A stretch of DNA of 64,000 nucleotides from Candidatus Eremiobacteria bacterium (GCA_963737065.1 CAVTRC010000001.1:64001-128000), one strand, 5' to 3'. Positions 21,335 to 32,548 are shown, counted from the stretch's first letter. Translations and numbers: made by a program. Notes: generated by a model not told the origin, from the sequence alone.

Positions 21335-23152
21335 ATGGTGGCCACGCGAACGCTTCACGAAGCGCTCAACCATCACTTTGGTTTTGAGACGTTTCGTCCA
21401 TTGCAGCAAGAGATCATCGAAGCGGCGCTCTCGGGCGCCGATGTGCTCGCGCTTCTTCCGACGGGAGGCGGCAAATCGCTGTGTTACCAACTGCCGGCGG
21501 TCGTCTCGCAGCGTTTGACGCTCGTCGTCTCGCCGTTGATCGCGCTCATGAAGGATCAAGTCGATGCGCTACGCGCCAACGGCATCGCTGCGACCTTCTT
21601 GAACAGTTCGCTCGATGCAACGCAAGCGCGCCGGCGGATTGCTGCGCTCGACCGCGGGGAGTATCGTATCCTCTACGCCGCCCCAGAACGAATCGTCTTG
21701 CCCGGCTTCCTTGCCGCGCTCGACCGCTGGAATATCGAGCGCATCGCGATCGACGAAGCGCACTGCGTCAGCGAGTGGGGCCACGACTTCCGTCCCGAAT
21801 ACCGGCAGATTGCATCGCTGCGCTCGCGTTTCCCGAACGTACCGCTCATTGCCTTAACCGCCACGGCAACCGACCGCGTGCGTTCCGACATCGAGCGTTT
21901 CCTAGAGATGCGCTCGCCGCAACGGTTCATTGGGACCTTCAACCGTGCCAACCTTCGTTACCACGTCTTCGATAAGACGGACGCATCGAGGCAATTGCTT
22001 GCGTGGTGCGAAGCGCGCAAAACGGAAAGCGGCATCGTGTACGCGCAAAGCCGCCGCGCCACGGAACAACTCGCGGAGCGCTTGTCCGCGGCCGGAATCG
22101 CCGCGCTTCCGTATCACGCTGGACTCGCGGCCGATCAGCGTGCGCGCAATCAAGAGCTCTTCATTCGTGACGAAGTCCGCGTCATCTGCGCCACGATCGC
22201 GTTCGGCATGGGCATCGATAAGCCTAACGTGCGCTACGTCGTGCACTACGACATGCCGAAGTCGCTGGAAGGCTACTATCAGGAAACCGGCCGTGCGGGC
22301 CGCGACGGGCTCGAGAGCGATTGCATGATGCTCTTCTCCGGCGGCGACGCGGCAAAGCACCGGCACTTCATCCGGCAGATTACCGATGACCGTGAACGCG
22401 AGCAGGCGGGACGGCTTCTTACGCAGATGCTGGATTTTGCGTCCGCAACGCGTTGTAGACGCAAGCATTTGCTGGAATATTTCGGCGAGTGCGGTTCTCC
22501 GGAACGGTGCGAAAACTGCGACAACTGCATCTCGCCGCCTCAAACAATGGACGCGACGGAAGCTGCGCGCAAACTCCTCTCGTGCGTTTATCGCATTCGC
22601 GCGCAGGGCGGATTCGCAACCGGCGCGCACCATGTCGCCGACGTACTGGTCGGCAAACGCACCGAAAAGGTGACGGCGTGGAATCACGACCGGCTCTCGA
22701 CGTTCGGGATCGGCACGGAGTACGACCGTAAGGATTGGATCGCCATGGCTTCCGATCTCATTCGACTCGGCTGGATCGACCAAGACGTCCTGCGCAAGAC
22801 GCTCGCACTTACCCAAGCCGGCCTTACGGCCTTACGTGAATCGTGCCCGTTCTTCTTCGCAAAACGTTCTCGCGTTAAGGGCAAGAAGGCACGCGCCGTG
22901 GAGCGGTCGTCGACGAGCGTTGCGGATGACGTCCTCTTCGAACGACTGCGCAGCGTTCGGAAGTCCATTGCGGATGAAGCGGGTGTGCCGCCCTACGTGG
23001 TCTTTTCGGACGCAACGCTGCGCGAGCTCTCCTCGCGCAAGCCGTCCACGCTTACGGCGTTTCGCGCGATCATCGGTGTCGGCGACGTCAAGCTCGAGCG
23101 ATACGGCGAGCAGTTCGTTGCAGCCATTCGTTCGGGAATGCACGAAGAATGA
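21335..23152 (+). CDS. recQ: ATP-dependent DNA helicase RecQ
   Basis: PTGGGKS, IDEAHCVSEWGHDFR, ATIAFGMGIDK, QETGRAGRDG, Zn/RQC and HRDC domains. Confidence 0.97.
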   Translation: MVATRTLHEALNHHFGFETFRPLQQEIIEAALSGADVLALLPTGGGKSLCYQLPAVVSQRLTLVVSPLIALMKDQVDALRANGIAATFLNSSLDATQARRRIAALDRGEYRILYAAPERIVLPGFLAALDRWNIERIAIDEAHCVSEWGHDFRPEYRQIASLRSRFPNVPLIALTATATDRVRSDIERFLEMRSPQRFIGTFNRANLRYHVFDKTDASRQLLAWCEARKTESGIVYAQSRRATEQLAERLSAAGIAALPYHAGLAADQRARNQELFIRDEVRVICATIAFGMGIDKPNVRYVVHYDMPKSLEGYYQETGRAGRDGLESDCMMLFSGGDAAKHRHFIRQITDDREREQAGRLLTQMLDFASATRCRRKHLLEYFGECGSPERCENCDNCISPPQTMDATEAARKLLSCVYRIRAQGGFATGAHHVADVLVGKRTEKVTAWNHDRLSTFGIGTEYDRKDWIAMASDLIRLGWIDQDVLRKTLALTQAGLTALRESCPFFFAKRSRVKGKKARAVERSSTSVADDVLFERLRSVRKSIADEAGVPPYVVFSDATLRELSSRKPSTLTAFRAIIGVGDVKLERYGEQFVAAIRSGMHEE

Positions 23153-23156
23153 CGCT

Positions 23157-23450
23157 ATGAAACGTACACGCAAGACGTTCCTTGCCGACGCTGCCGCGGT
23201 CGGTGCAGTGACGCTCTTAGGCGCCGCTGCAGCGCCGAAAGCTTCTCCGACCGCGTCCCCGACGCCGTCGCCGGGCGCACTTGAAGCCGCTCGCGCAATG
23301 CGCCGCTTCGACCCCAATTTGAGCGACGAGCAGATCGCCGGCATCGCGCGCGGTATCGACGAGCAGAACGCCTCCGCAGCGCGCATCCGCAAGCGCATGC
23401 CGCTCCAGAACGGCAACGAGCCGACGCCGGAATTTAGGGTCGGCTCGTGA
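23157..23450 (+). CDS. Small protein with Tat-like signal, coupled to the amidase (GatC/AtzG-like partner)
   Basis: TRKTFL followed by a hydrophobic stretch, a Pro linker and a helical C-terminus ending NEP. Stop overlaps the amidase start (GTGA). Confidence 0.75.
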   Translation: MKRTRKTFLADAAAVGAVTLLGAAAAPKASPTASPTPSPGALEAARAMRRFDPNLSDEQIAGIARGIDEQNASAARIRKRMPLQNGNEPTPEFRVGS

Positions 23451-24841
23451 CGAATGACGACGTGGCATTTTCCGATGCTACAACGCTCGGTGAAATGATC
23501 GCGGGCAAGAAGATCAGTTCGACCGAGGTGACCCGCCTTTATCTTGCGCGTCTCGAGAAGTACGGCCCGCACTATAACGCGATCGTCACGATCCTTCACG
23601 AGCGCGCATTGCGCGAAGCGAAGACGGCTGATAGCGAGCTCGCGCGCGGGATTCGACGGAGCGCACTGCACGGTGTACCGTACGGCGTGAAAGATTTGCT
23701 TGCGGCGATCGGCGGTCCAACGACGTGGGGAGCCGCACCGTATCGCAATCAAGTATTCGATTATGATGCAACGATCCTCGAGCGGCTAAGAGCTGCGGGT
23801 TGCGTGCTTCTCGGTAAGCTCGCGATGGTCGAACTGGCAGGCGGCCTCGGATACAATGACGCCGACGCGTCGTTCACGGGTCCCGGACGGACGCCCTGGA
23901 ATCGCAACTATTGGAGCGGCGGAAGCTCGAGCGGACCGGGCGCATGCGTTGCCGCAGGACTCGTCGGCTTTGCAATTGGTTCGGAAACCAATGGTTCGAT
24001 CATGACGCCTTCGGCCATGTGCGGCGTCAGCGGACTTCGGCCGACGTTCGGCCGTGTCAGCCGCTACGGCGCGATGGCGCTGATGTGGAGTTCGGACAAA
24101 CTGGGGCCAATGGCGCGATCGGCCCGCGACACGGACGCAGTTCTGCGCCTGATCTCCGGAAGCGATCCGCGCGACTCGACAGCGCGCACGCAACCGTTTC
24201 ATACCGGCTCACGCCATCCGAAGATCGGCGTGATCGCGCGCAGCACTGAAAAATCACAGCCGGCCGTCGTTCGCAACTTCGATGAATCGTTGGGCGTTTT
24301 ACGCGAATTCGCCGACGTACGCACCGGCGTCGCGCTTCCGAACCACCCGTACGGCGCGGTGCTCGGTACGCTGCTCAATGGCGAATGCGCTTCGGCGTTT
24401 CGCGAGTTGATCGAGAGCGGGCGCTGCCGCGAACTACAGAGTAAAGACGATCGGATCGGCGGATACATACAGTATGCAAGTCTCGCCGTCGACTATGTCG
24501 ACGCAATGCGAGCGCGCACATCGATCGATCGCGACGTGCGCACCGTACTGTCGACGTATGATGCGCTTGTTTTTCCGACGCTTCCGACCGTCGCTTATCC
24601 CATCGGCATCCCGTTCGACCACGCTTACACAGAGGCGCCCGGCGCGGTCGATCCGATCACGCCGGGGAACCTCGCCGGTGTTCCGGCGCTGAGCGTGCCG
24701 AACGGATTCGGCGAGCACGGGCTGCCGACAGGCCTAGGCTTTCTCGGGAACGCTTGGGCCGAAATCGCGCTAACGGATATCGCCGCGCAGTATCAACAGC
24801 GGACCTCGTATCACACGAAGCGTCCGCCGTCGAGCACGTAG
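23447..24841 (+). CDS. Amidase signature family protein
   Basis: HGVPYGVKD, GGSSSG, GSETNGSI. Confidence 0.93.
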   Translation: MTNDDVAFSDATTLGEMIAGKKISSTEVTRLYLARLEKYGPHYNAIVTILHERALREAKTADSELARGIRRSALHGVPYGVKDLLAAIGGPTTWGAAPYRNQVFDYDATILERLRAAGCVLLGKLAMVELAGGLGYNDADASFTGPGRTPWNRNYWSGGSSSGPGACVAAGLVGFAIGSETNGSIMTPSAMCGVSGLRPTFGRVSRYGAMALMWSSDKLGPMARSARDTDAVLRLISGSDPRDSTARTQPFHTGSRHPKIGVIARSTEKSQPAVVRNFDESLGVLREFADVRTGVALPNHPYGAVLGTLLNGECASAFRELIESGRCRELQSKDDRIGGYIQYASLAVDYVDAMRARTSIDRDVRTVLSTYDALVFPTLPTVAYPIGIPFDHAYTEAPGAVDPITPGNLAGVPALSVPNGFGEHGLPTGLGFLGNAWAEIALTDIAAQYQQRTSYHTKRPPSST

Positions 24842-24907
24842 CCCCGTTGTCGTGCCAATAAACCAGTTATCAAGCGAAAGTTAAGGTATCCAGTGAACAA
24901 TGCTCGT

Positions 24908-25444
24908 ATGAGAACTTCCGTCTTTTTCGCGAGCATCGCATTCGCTGCAGCCGTCGCGGCGCCCGCGTTTGCGCAAAGTCCGTCCACCGAACCGTCGCCG
25001 AATCCCCAAATGCGTCAGCAATTCCGAGCGATGCATCAGCAGTTGGACGACATTCACGCGCAAGCGCGCGCGCAGATGCTTGATGCGCTCACGCCCGCGC
25101 ACCGTCAGTTACTTGCAACGATTGCCGGCGAACTGGCCACATCCTCGACGCCGGACTATCGCGGTGCGGCAGCGCGGCTCGATGCGGCGCTTTCTTCATC
25201 AGAGAAGCAAGCGATTCTTAGCGCATCGCAATCGGCCCGCGACAAGATGCGATCGGCGATGCAAAGCGCGCGCGAGCGAATGTCGCAAAACGGCGGACCA
25301 CCGATGGGTCCCGATGAACGGATGGGACCGCCCGGAGGACCGCTTCATACGCGGCACACGCCGAGCGCCGGTGAGATTCTTCTCCGCACGGCGATGGGTG
25401 GTGTTGGTATGGACATGCATATTCGAGGCTCGATGCGACCGTAA
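24908..25444 (+). CDS. Secreted helical protein (Spy/CpxP-like)
   Basis: Signal peptide (APAFA), LTPAHR motif and Met/Gln-rich helices. Confidence 0.6.
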   Translation: MRTSVFFASIAFAAAVAAPAFAQSPSTEPSPNPQMRQQFRAMHQQLDDIHAQARAQMLDALTPAHRQLLATIAGELATSSTPDYRGAAARLDAALSSSEKQAILSASQSARDKMRSAMQSARERMSQNGGPPMGPDERMGPPGGPLHTRHTPSAGEILLRTAMGGVGMDMHIRGSMRP

Positions 25445-25465
25445 CGTTCGTGATACACTGCGCGC

Positions 25466-26743
25466 ATGAGTGTATCGGTCGATCGTTCAGCGGCGGTCGC
25501 CTCAGACAATGTCTGGGAGATGGCGCAACAGCAACTTGACGAAGTCGCGCAGCTTATTGGCCTCAGCGACGCGATTCACGAATACCTGAGGGTTCCAAAA
25601 CGTGTTCTCGAAGTCTCCGTTCCCGTCAAAATGGACAACGGCGACTTCCGCATGTACGCGGGATATCGCGTGCAGCACAACATGTCGCGCGGACCGGGGA
25701 AAGGCGGCATTCGCTTTCATCCCGACGTGACGCTCGATGAAGTCAAAGCGCTCGCGATGTGGATGACGTGGAAATGCGCGCTCGTCAACATTCCGTTCGG
25801 CGGCGCAAAAGGCGGCGTCATTTGCGATCCGAAATCGATGTCGCTGCAAGAGCTCGAAAACCTGACGCGGCGGTTCACGAGCGAAATCTCGATCATCATC
25901 GGACCCGAAAAAGACATCCCGGCACCCGACGTCTATACGACGCCGCAAATTATGGCGTGGATCATGGACACGTTCTCGATGCAGCACGGTTACTCAATCC
26001 CCGGCGTCGTTACGGGCAAGCCGCTTGCGATCGGCGGCTCGCTCGGACGCGATAAAGCAACGGCGCGGGGCTGCATGTACGTCGTCGATGAAGCGATCAA
26101 CGTGCAAGGACGCGCGGTCGAAGGTACGCGCGTCGCGATTCAAGGCTTCGGTAATGCCGGGTTGCATGCCGCCGACTTGATGAGCAAACGGGGATACGTC
26201 ATCGTCGCGGCTTCCGATTCCCGCGGCGGCGTCGCAAATCCAAAGGGACTCGACGTCACGGGACTGATCGCGCACAAAGCCGAGACGGGCTCCGTCGCGG
26301 GATTCTCGGGTGCGGAACGCGTCACGAACGCGGACGTCCTCGAATACGACTGCGATGTGCTCGTTCCAGCAGCTTTAGAAAAGGTCATCACGGCTGGGAA
26401 CGCATCGCGTATTCGCGCGAAGATCGTCGCGGAAGCAGCGAACGGGCCGACGCTGCCGGAAGCCGACGACATTCTCTTCGAACGCGGCATCACGGTCTTA
26501 CCCGATATCCTCGCGAATGCGGGCGGCGTTACGGTTTCGTACTTCGAGTGGGTGCAAGATTTACAAGAAAACTTCTGGGAAGAGAACGAAATCAACGATC
26601 GGCTCAAACGCAAGATGACCCGTGCTTTCAATGAAGCGCACGAGCAATCACGGCGTCACGGCGTCAACATGCGCAAGGGCGCGTACGCGGTCGCCGTAGA
26701 CCGCGTCGCCGAAGCAACCAAACTTCGCGGATTGTATCCGTAG
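25466..26743 (+). CDS. gdhA: Glu/Leu/Phe/Val dehydrogenase (glutamate dehydrogenase)
   Basis: GPGKGGIRF, FGGAKGG, DIPAPD, QGFGNAG, EAANGP, NAGGVTVSYFEW. Confidence 0.93.
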   Translation: MSVSVDRSAAVASDNVWEMAQQQLDEVAQLIGLSDAIHEYLRVPKRVLEVSVPVKMDNGDFRMYAGYRVQHNMSRGPGKGGIRFHPDVTLDEVKALAMWMTWKCALVNIPFGGAKGGVICDPKSMSLQELENLTRRFTSEISIIIGPEKDIPAPDVYTTPQIMAWIMDTFSMQHGYSIPGVVTGKPLAIGGSLGRDKATARGCMYVVDEAINVQGRAVEGTRVAIQGFGNAGLHAADLMSKRGYVIVAASDSRGGVANPKGLDVTGLIAHKAETGSVAGFSGAERVTNADVLEYDCDVLVPAALEKVITAGNASRIRAKIVAEAANGPTLPEADDILFERGITVLPDILANAGGVTVSYFEWVQDLQENFWEENEINDRLKRKMTRAFNEAHEQSRRHGVNMRKGAYAVAVDRVAEATKLRGLYP

Positions 26744-26843
26744 CTGCGTCGAAGCCGGTCGCCCGTTGCTAAACTGCACCTTACCGCGAAGCGATGCCGC
26801 CACCAGCGGGTACACAATGCCGAGAAGGAGAGCAGCGCATAGC

Positions 26844-27452
26844 ATGACGACACAAGACAGTAACTTCGGCCGGAACTTCCAGGGCGGCGTGTACTACGAT
26901 CGCGACAGCGCCGAGAGCGCGGTGAATCGGTTGAGCAAGATGGGATATGACCGCAACGACATTAGCGTCATGGCGCGCGATCCCGAGCGCGCGCGCGCGT
27001 TTGCCGATGAAACCGGGACGAAAGCGACGGAGGGAACCATCGCCGGCGGCGTTATCGGCGGCGCACTTGGTGCGATTGTTGCCGGCCTTACCGCTACGGG
27101 AAGTATCGCAGCGATCGCCGGCACAGGCGGTGCTGCTGCTCCGCTCGTCGCCGGTCCGCTCGCCGCGGCGCTTGCCGGTTTAGGCGGCGGCGGCCTGGTC
27201 GGCGGGATCATCGGAGCGCTCGTCGGCGCAGGCATTCCCGAAGACCGCGCGCGCGAATATGAGGACGGTTTAAATCGAGGCGGTATGTTGATCGGCGTTA
27301 CGCCGCGCACCGATCACCCCGACGACGTACGTGACCTCTTCTCTGGTGCGCCCGCAACAACCAGTGAACGTGGAGATGCGGGCACCTTGTCACCCCAAAG
27401 CGCAAGCGAATATGGAGCGAGCGGCTCCACGAGCGCAAACAAAAATGTTTAG
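26844..27452 (+). CDS. General stress protein-like membrane protein
   Basis: AESAVNRL...ISV, Gly/Ala-rich TM hairpin, GIPEDRAREYE. Confidence 0.8.
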   Translation: MTTQDSNFGRNFQGGVYYDRDSAESAVNRLSKMGYDRNDISVMARDPERARAFADETGTKATEGTIAGGVIGGALGAIVAGLTATGSIAAIAGTGGAAAPLVAGPLAAALAGLGGGGLVGGIIGALVGAGIPEDRAREYEDGLNRGGMLIGVTPRTDHPDDVRDLFSGAPATTSERGDAGTLSPQSASEYGASGSTSANKNV

Positions 27453-27760
27453 CGCTTCGCGCGCCTCGGAATACTTACATCGTCAAGTAAATGTCAAAGG
27501 TTAGTCCAATGGCGTAGCAAGGCACGGAGCCGGTTCTTACCGGCTCCGTTTTCGTTGCTGCGCGTTTCGGGTACGGGTGACGCATGGCAGAAGTGTTTGG
27601 TCATCAAGGGCAGCGCGTTCCCGAGTCGGGACAATATGAATGCGCCGAGTGCGGCCACCGCGAGCACTTCAACGCGGACGACGTCTTTCCGCAAGATCAT
27701 CATCCGCAACGGCCCTGGACGCTCTACGTGCGCGACGAGGCACCAACGCGAAAGTAGCGA

Positions 27761-28654
27761 TTACTCCGGCGCTTCGCTGAGGTGTTGAGCGTAATCGCGC
27801 GGATCGAAATACCACCCCGGCAATTGAAGCGGAAAGACCAAGTCTTTGAAATCGTAATCGACGACTTGGCCGTCGCCGTCGTACCCGCCGTACACCACAC
27901 CGTGAATGTGCGTTATCACCGGAACCGAGTGAAACATCTCAAAGTTCACCGTGAACAACACGGGATAGATCGGTCCGTTTTCGACGAAGAGTTTGTCGGT
28001 TGCAACGAGTTTGCGCAGATCGAGCGTCTTTGCATCGACCCATAGCTCACGCAGACGGTTGCGGTCGGGTTGGCGGCGCGGCTGCAGCTTCACATGTATC
28101 TGGTCGCCTTCACGATTGATCTCGGTCACGCGGTAGTCGAACTCGCCGCGCGCGCGAACGGTCGCAATGACGGGTGGAAGCGACGCTTCCGGTGTTGGAA
28201 CGAAGTTCGGCGGCAGCGTATGCAGCGGCGCCGGTTCAAAGACGTCGGCCGTCGGCGGACCAGGATCCGTCGCCTGATTGAACAGCGGCCGCTCGAATCG
28301 CATTTGGCCGATATCGCCGAGCTCCGTTTCGCGCCGCTCGAGCGCAGCGTGATCGTACGAACGATACCACACGTGGTCGGTGTAACTATTCGCGTAGTCG
28401 GGATATCCGTAGTTGGTTTCTTGCTTGCGCACGATGACGTACGTTTCGAACGGCGGCGGTGGGCGATGCGACCGGAAGCGGTTGCGGATTGCTGCCAGGA
28501 GATCGTCCGGAGACATGGACGGCGCCGGCGCAGCAGCCACCGCGTGGACGGTCTGAGCGCCCGCGTGCGCAAACGCAACGAAAAATGATACGCCGAGCAA
28601 TAGCGCGACGAGCCACGGCATCACTCGAGGGCGTGAGTTCATTCCATAAGACAT
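27761..28654 (-). CDS. Hypothetical secreted protein
   Basis: Signal peptide. Beta-rich C-terminus with ELWVDAKT. Confidence 0.75.
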   Translation of the reverse strand: MSYGMNSRPRVMPWLVALLLGVSFFVAFAHAGAQTVHAVAAAPAPSMSPDDLLAAIRNRFRSHRPPPPFETYVIVRKQETNYGYPDYANSYTDHVWYRSYDHAALERRETELGDIGQMRFERPLFNQATDPGPPTADVFEPAPLHTLPPNFVPTPEASLPPVIATVRARGEFDYRVTEINREGDQIHVKLQPRRQPDRNRLRELWVDAKTLDLRKLVATDKLFVENGPIYPVLFTVNFEMFHSVPVITHIHGVVYGGYDGDGQVVDYDFKDLVFPLQLPGWYFDPRDYAQHLSEAPE

Positions 28655-28734
28655 ACTTCGCTCTTCCTAACGATTCCTGAGGGTCAGGCGTTACTTTCCA
28701 TCTGGATCCGCCTTTCGGGCGTTACCGAGGTACA

Positions 28735-29373
28735 ATGAAACGCCGAATCAGCGGAATCGCCTTTGCGCTTGCACTGCTCTTTCACCCGGTCGCGGCTGCG
28801 GCTGCTACGCAACACGTAGTTTTGGCCGGGGGCTGCTTTTGGGGAATGCAGGCCGTGTTCGAATCGCTCAAGGGCGTGCAACGCGTCGTGGCGGGGTTCT
28901 CGGGCGGAGCGGGCGCGACGGCGCATTATGCGATCGTGAGCACCGGCGCGACCGGGCACGCGGAATCGGTCGACGTCACGTACGATCCGGCGCAAATCTC
29001 ATTCGAGAAACTGTTGGACGTCTATTTTCTCGTTGCGCACGATCCGACGGAATTAAACTATCAAGGCCCCGATGAAGGAACGCAATATCGCTCCGAGATC
29101 TTCTACACGTCGGACGCGCAGCGCGCCCAAGCGCAGGCGTATATCGCGTCGCTCGAGCGCCGTCATGTCTTTCACGCGCCGATCGTCACGAAGCTCGAGC
29201 CTCTCCAGGGATTCTATGCGGCCGAAGGCTACCATCAGGACTATCTCGTGCACAATCCCGACAGTCCGTACATCGTCTACAACGACATGCCGAAGCTGCG
29301 GACGCTCGAAGAGAAGTATCCATCGCTCGTCAAAGCCGACAGCGCGCCGATGAAGGTACTAGCGCGGCGCTAG
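28735..29373 (+). CDS. msrA: Peptide-methionine (S)-S-oxide reductase with signal peptide
   Basis: [22 protein letters not shown]. Confidence 0.95.
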   Translation: MKRRISGIAFALALLFHPVAAAAATQHVVLAGGCFWGMQAVFESLKGVQRVVAGFSGGAGATAHYAIVSTGATGHAESVDVTYDPAQISFEKLLDVYFLVAHDPTELNYQGPDEGTQYRSEIFYTSDAQRAQAQAYIASLERRHVFHAPIVTKLEPLQGFYAAEGYHQDYLVHNPDSPYIVYNDMPKLRTLEEKYPSLVKADSAPMKVLARR

Positions 29374-30123
29374 ACGGATCGCGCCATCCAGACGAATCAC
29401 TTCGCCGTTGAGCATCTGATTCTCGATGATGTGACGCATGAGCGATGCGTATTCGGCCGGACGTCCGAGCCGCGCGGGGTAGGGCGTCTGCTTTCCGAGC
29501 GATTCACGCGCGGCTTCCGGCAATCCGGCAAGCATCGGCGTATCGAAAATGCCGGGCGCAATGGAGCAAACGCGGATCCGGCTCTGTGCGAATTCACGGG
29601 CGAGCGGCAGCGTCATGCCGATCACGCCGCCTTTTGAGGCGGAATACGCGACCTGCCCGATCTGTCCGTCGAACGCAGCGACTGACGCCGTGCAGACGAT
29701 CACGCCGCGATCTTCATCAGGTTGCGACGGCTGCTCCATCATCCGCGCTGCGGCGAGCCGGATCACATTGAACGTCCCGATCAAGTTGACCGACACGACC
29801 TTCGTGAAATGCGCGAGCGGCTGCGGGCCTTCTTTGCCCACGGCGCGTTCCGCTGTTGCAATCCCGGCGCAGTTGATCGCTCCGTGCACGCCGCCGAACG
29901 CGTTCACGGCTATCGCAATCGCGTCGGAAACCTGCGCTTCATCGGTAACATCGGCCTTGCAGAAACGAACGCGCTCACCGAGTTCGCTTGCGAGCTGCGC
30001 TCCGTGGGCGCCGATATCCAAAATTACAATGCGGCCGCCCGCACCATGCAGCTCGCGCACGCAAGCGGCTCCTAAACCGGAACTTCCACCCGTGACAAGA
30101 AATGTTTTCCCCGCGATATTCAC
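29359..30123 (-). CDS. SDR oxidoreductase, 3-hydroxyacyl-CoA dehydrogenase type II-like
   Basis: [27 protein letters not shown]. Confidence 0.92.
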   Translation of the reverse strand: MNIAGKTFLVTGGSSGLGAACVRELHGAGGRIVILDIGAHGAQLASELGERVRFCKADVTDEAQVSDAIAIAVNAFGGVHGAINCAGIATAERAVGKEGPQPLAHFTKVVSVNLIGTFNVIRLAAARMMEQPSQPDEDRGVIVCTASVAAFDGQIGQVAYSASKGGVIGMTLPLAREFAQSRIRVCSIAPGIFDTPMLAGLPEAARESLGKQTPYPARLGRPAEYASLMRHIIENQMLNGEVIRLDGAIRLAPR

Positions 30124-30168
30124 TGCAGCGATTCCCCTCTGTTCACATGAATCATCGAACCGCAGCGT

Positions 30169-31011
30169 TCATCGCACGGCCGCGATCGGGACGTCGTGTC
30201 GTTCCGCCAGCTGCTCCCATTCGCGCGCGCTCCGCCGCACGAACGCGTCGCGCAACGCGTCGCGCGTCAGATTCGTAATGCCGAGCAGCGAGCGGAGACG
30301 ATCGACGAAATGTGGCTCGAGCGCCGCGACCGCTACCCATCCGTCTTCCGCCGGATAGATCGCGTACGCCGGCAGCGCGCCGCCGAGCGATCCATCGTCG
30401 CGCGTCAAGCCCTGCACGTACGGCTGCGCGAATGCACGGGCACAATCGACGATGCTTACATTCGCAAAGGTGCCTTCACCCGTGCGCGCGCGCTTCACAA
30501 GCGACGCAAGCGCGACCGACACAACGCGTTCGGCCGCGGCCATGTCGCCGACCAGTGCGCGCGGCAGCGCCGGCGGCGTAACCGTTCCGGCACGTGCCTG
30601 ATACGTTAAATCGTGCCCAGGACGATCGTCGTCCGGCGGCGCTTCGCCGGTCAGCGAAATCATCGAGAGCGCGGGATGTTGCGCATGCAGGTGTTCCCAC
30701 TGCAATCCGATGCGCTCGAGCGATCTCGCGCGCATTGCGGTCAGCACGACATCGGCTCGTTGCAGATGCGCGTCGAGCACGGCGCGCGCCCCGCGCTCGC
30801 GAAAATCGAGTTGAACGATCTCGATTCCGGTCGCCAGGCGCGCGTACCATTGCGGGGCCGCTTCGGCGAGCGGATCGCCGCGCGCCGGTTCGATTTTCGT
30901 AACGCGCGCGCCGAACTCGCGCAGCCGCGCTGCAGCAACGGGTCCCGGAATGTTGGTCGTCAGCGCAACGACATGGACGCCGTCCAACGCGCCGGCGAGA
31001 TCATGGATCAT
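30169..31011 (-). CDS. CaiB/BaiF CoA transferase
   Basis: LDGVHVV...PGP, KIEPARGDP, GHDLTYQA. Confidence 0.88.
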   Translation of the reverse strand: MIHDLAGALDGVHVVALTTNIPGPVAAARLREFGARVTKIEPARGDPLAEAAPQWYARLATGIEIVQLDFRERGARAVLDAHLQRADVVLTAMRARSLERIGLQWEHLHAQHPALSMISLTGEAPPDDDRPGHDLTYQARAGTVTPPALPRALVGDMAAAERVVSVALASLVKRARTGEGTFANVSIVDCARAFAQPYVQGLTRDDGSLGGALPAYAIYPAEDGWVAVAALEPHFVDRLRSLLGITNLTRDALRDAFVRRSAREWEQLAERHDVPIAAVR

Positions 31012-31478
31012 CGGCTCCGTGATTCGACGCGCGCTGCACGCGACATGTAAAACGTTACCGGCAGCGCATAGAACACGATGTGCGGGATCAAGCCTTGCAC
31101 GAACGCCGGTTCCCACGGAGAGCCGGTCTTCATCGCAACGATCGACTGCATGAGCCCATCGACGACGATGCCCCACACGACTGCACCGGCAATCCAATTC
31201 TTCAACTGCCCGAGCGCGCCGAACAGATACGCGTAAAGAACGGCCCACGCGATGGAAACGATGAAGTGCACGATGAAGCCGAGCGCTGCGTACGACGGTG
31301 AGGCAAACGCGGCTTCACCCACGATCGTCGAAGCGATGAACTGCCAAATGGCGACGGGCGAACGATGCCCGGAAATTGCCAGGAATACGTCGATGACGAT
31401 CCCGCCGATAACGCCGGCGATCGCCGCGTGTCCCAAAAGTGACGTCCTGGAAATCGAGCGCGCGTTACTCGCGGCCAT
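31008..31478 (-). CDS. 4-TM membrane protein
   Basis: Hydrophobic helices with VHF and PH His residues. GGAG RBS. Confidence 0.75.
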   Translation of the reverse strand: MAASNARSISRTSLLGHAAIAGVIGGIVIDVFLAISGHRSPVAIWQFIASTIVGEAAFASPSYAALGFIVHFIVSIAWAVLYAYLFGALGQLKNWIAGAVVWGIVVDGLMQSIVAMKTGSPWEPAFVQGLIPHIVFYALPVTFYMSRAARVESRSR

Positions 31479-31578
31479 AATGCTTCTCCTTACGAATGGT
31501 AGCTTTACGCCGACTCTATAAACGTATTTATAGTAAGTCAATAGGCGCGCGATATAAAAAAGCGAACGACCGTTCGTC

Positions 31579-32544
31579 GTGCCCAAGCGTAAATCACCGC
31601 GGAGAAAACGAGCGTCGCGCGCCGGGTGGCCGGTTCTCCTTCTCCTCGTGATCATCGCAGTGGCGGCGGGCTGGTATCTGCTCGGACCGACGACCCATTC
31701 TCCGAACCAGCCGGTCGTCAGCGAAGAAACGGCCGAACCGACCGAGGCTGCGACCGAAACACCGCTGCCTACGGAGACGTCCGAAGCGAGTGAAACGCCG
31801 TCGGTGGTGACGACGCCGGCCGAAACGCCGAGCGCCGCCGCAACGGCAATAGCGTCCGTTCCGCCGCGCGCCGCGAATCCGAACGCGCCGAAACTCGCGC
31901 TCATCATCGACGATTGCGGTCAGTGGTTACCGACCGAACGCCGATTCATCGCATTGCCGGTTCCGCTGACGCTTTCGGTGCTACCCCACGTCCACGGCTC
32001 CGCCATCATCGCGGAAGAAGCGAAGGACGCAGGAAAAGGCGTCATGCTGCATTTGCCGATGGAGACGCTCTCCGGCATGAATCCGGGGCCGGGCAAAGTC
32101 ACGACCGAGATGACCGACGCACAGGTCGCTGCGCAGGTTGAAGATGACCTCGCACAAGTTCCACTTGCTGCGGGTGTGAACAATCACGAAGGAAGTAAGG
32201 CGAGCGCCGACAAGCGCGTGATGAGCGACGTTATCGGCGTACTGAAGAAACGCGGCGACCTGTTCTTTATCGATTCACGCACGAATGCGGCGTCAGTCGG
32301 CGAACAAATCGCGTCTGCCGACGGCGTTCCGACTGCGGCGCGCGACGTATTCGTCGACAACAGAGAAGACGTCGCATACTCCGAAGGGCAGCTGCGCGAT
32401 GCCGAAGAGATTGCGAAACGAACGGGTAGCGCGATTGCGATCGGTCATCCCAAAGCAACGACGCTGGAAGCGGTCAAAGCAATGATTCCGCAATTTGAAG
32501 CGGACGGCGTGCAATTCGTTCTCGCGCAGGACCTCACGCACTAA
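31579..32544 (+). CDS. Divergent polysaccharide deacetylase (YibQ family)
   Basis: LALIIDD, LHLPME, NNHEGS, FIDSRT, AIAIGHP. N-terminal TM anchor. Confidence 0.92.
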   Translation: MPKRKSPRRKRASRAGWPVLLLLVIIAVAAGWYLLGPTTHSPNQPVVSEETAEPTEAATETPLPTETSEASETPSVVTTPAETPSAAATAIASVPPRAANPNAPKLALIIDDCGQWLPTERRFIALPVPLTLSVLPHVHGSAIIAEEAKDAGKGVMLHLPMETLSGMNPGPGKVTTEMTDAQVAAQVEDDLAQVPLAAGVNNHEGSKASADKRVMSDVIGVLKKRGDLFFIDSRTNAASVGEQIASADGVPTAARDVFVDNREDVAYSEGQLRDAEEIAKRTGSAIAIGHPKATTLEAVKAMIPQFEADGVQFVLAQDLTH

Positions 32545-32548
32545 GGCG

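Noticed and set aside
27494..27709. 71-aa minus-strand ORF
   Set aside because: It could be a small gene, but there is no recognisable family or RBS to support it.
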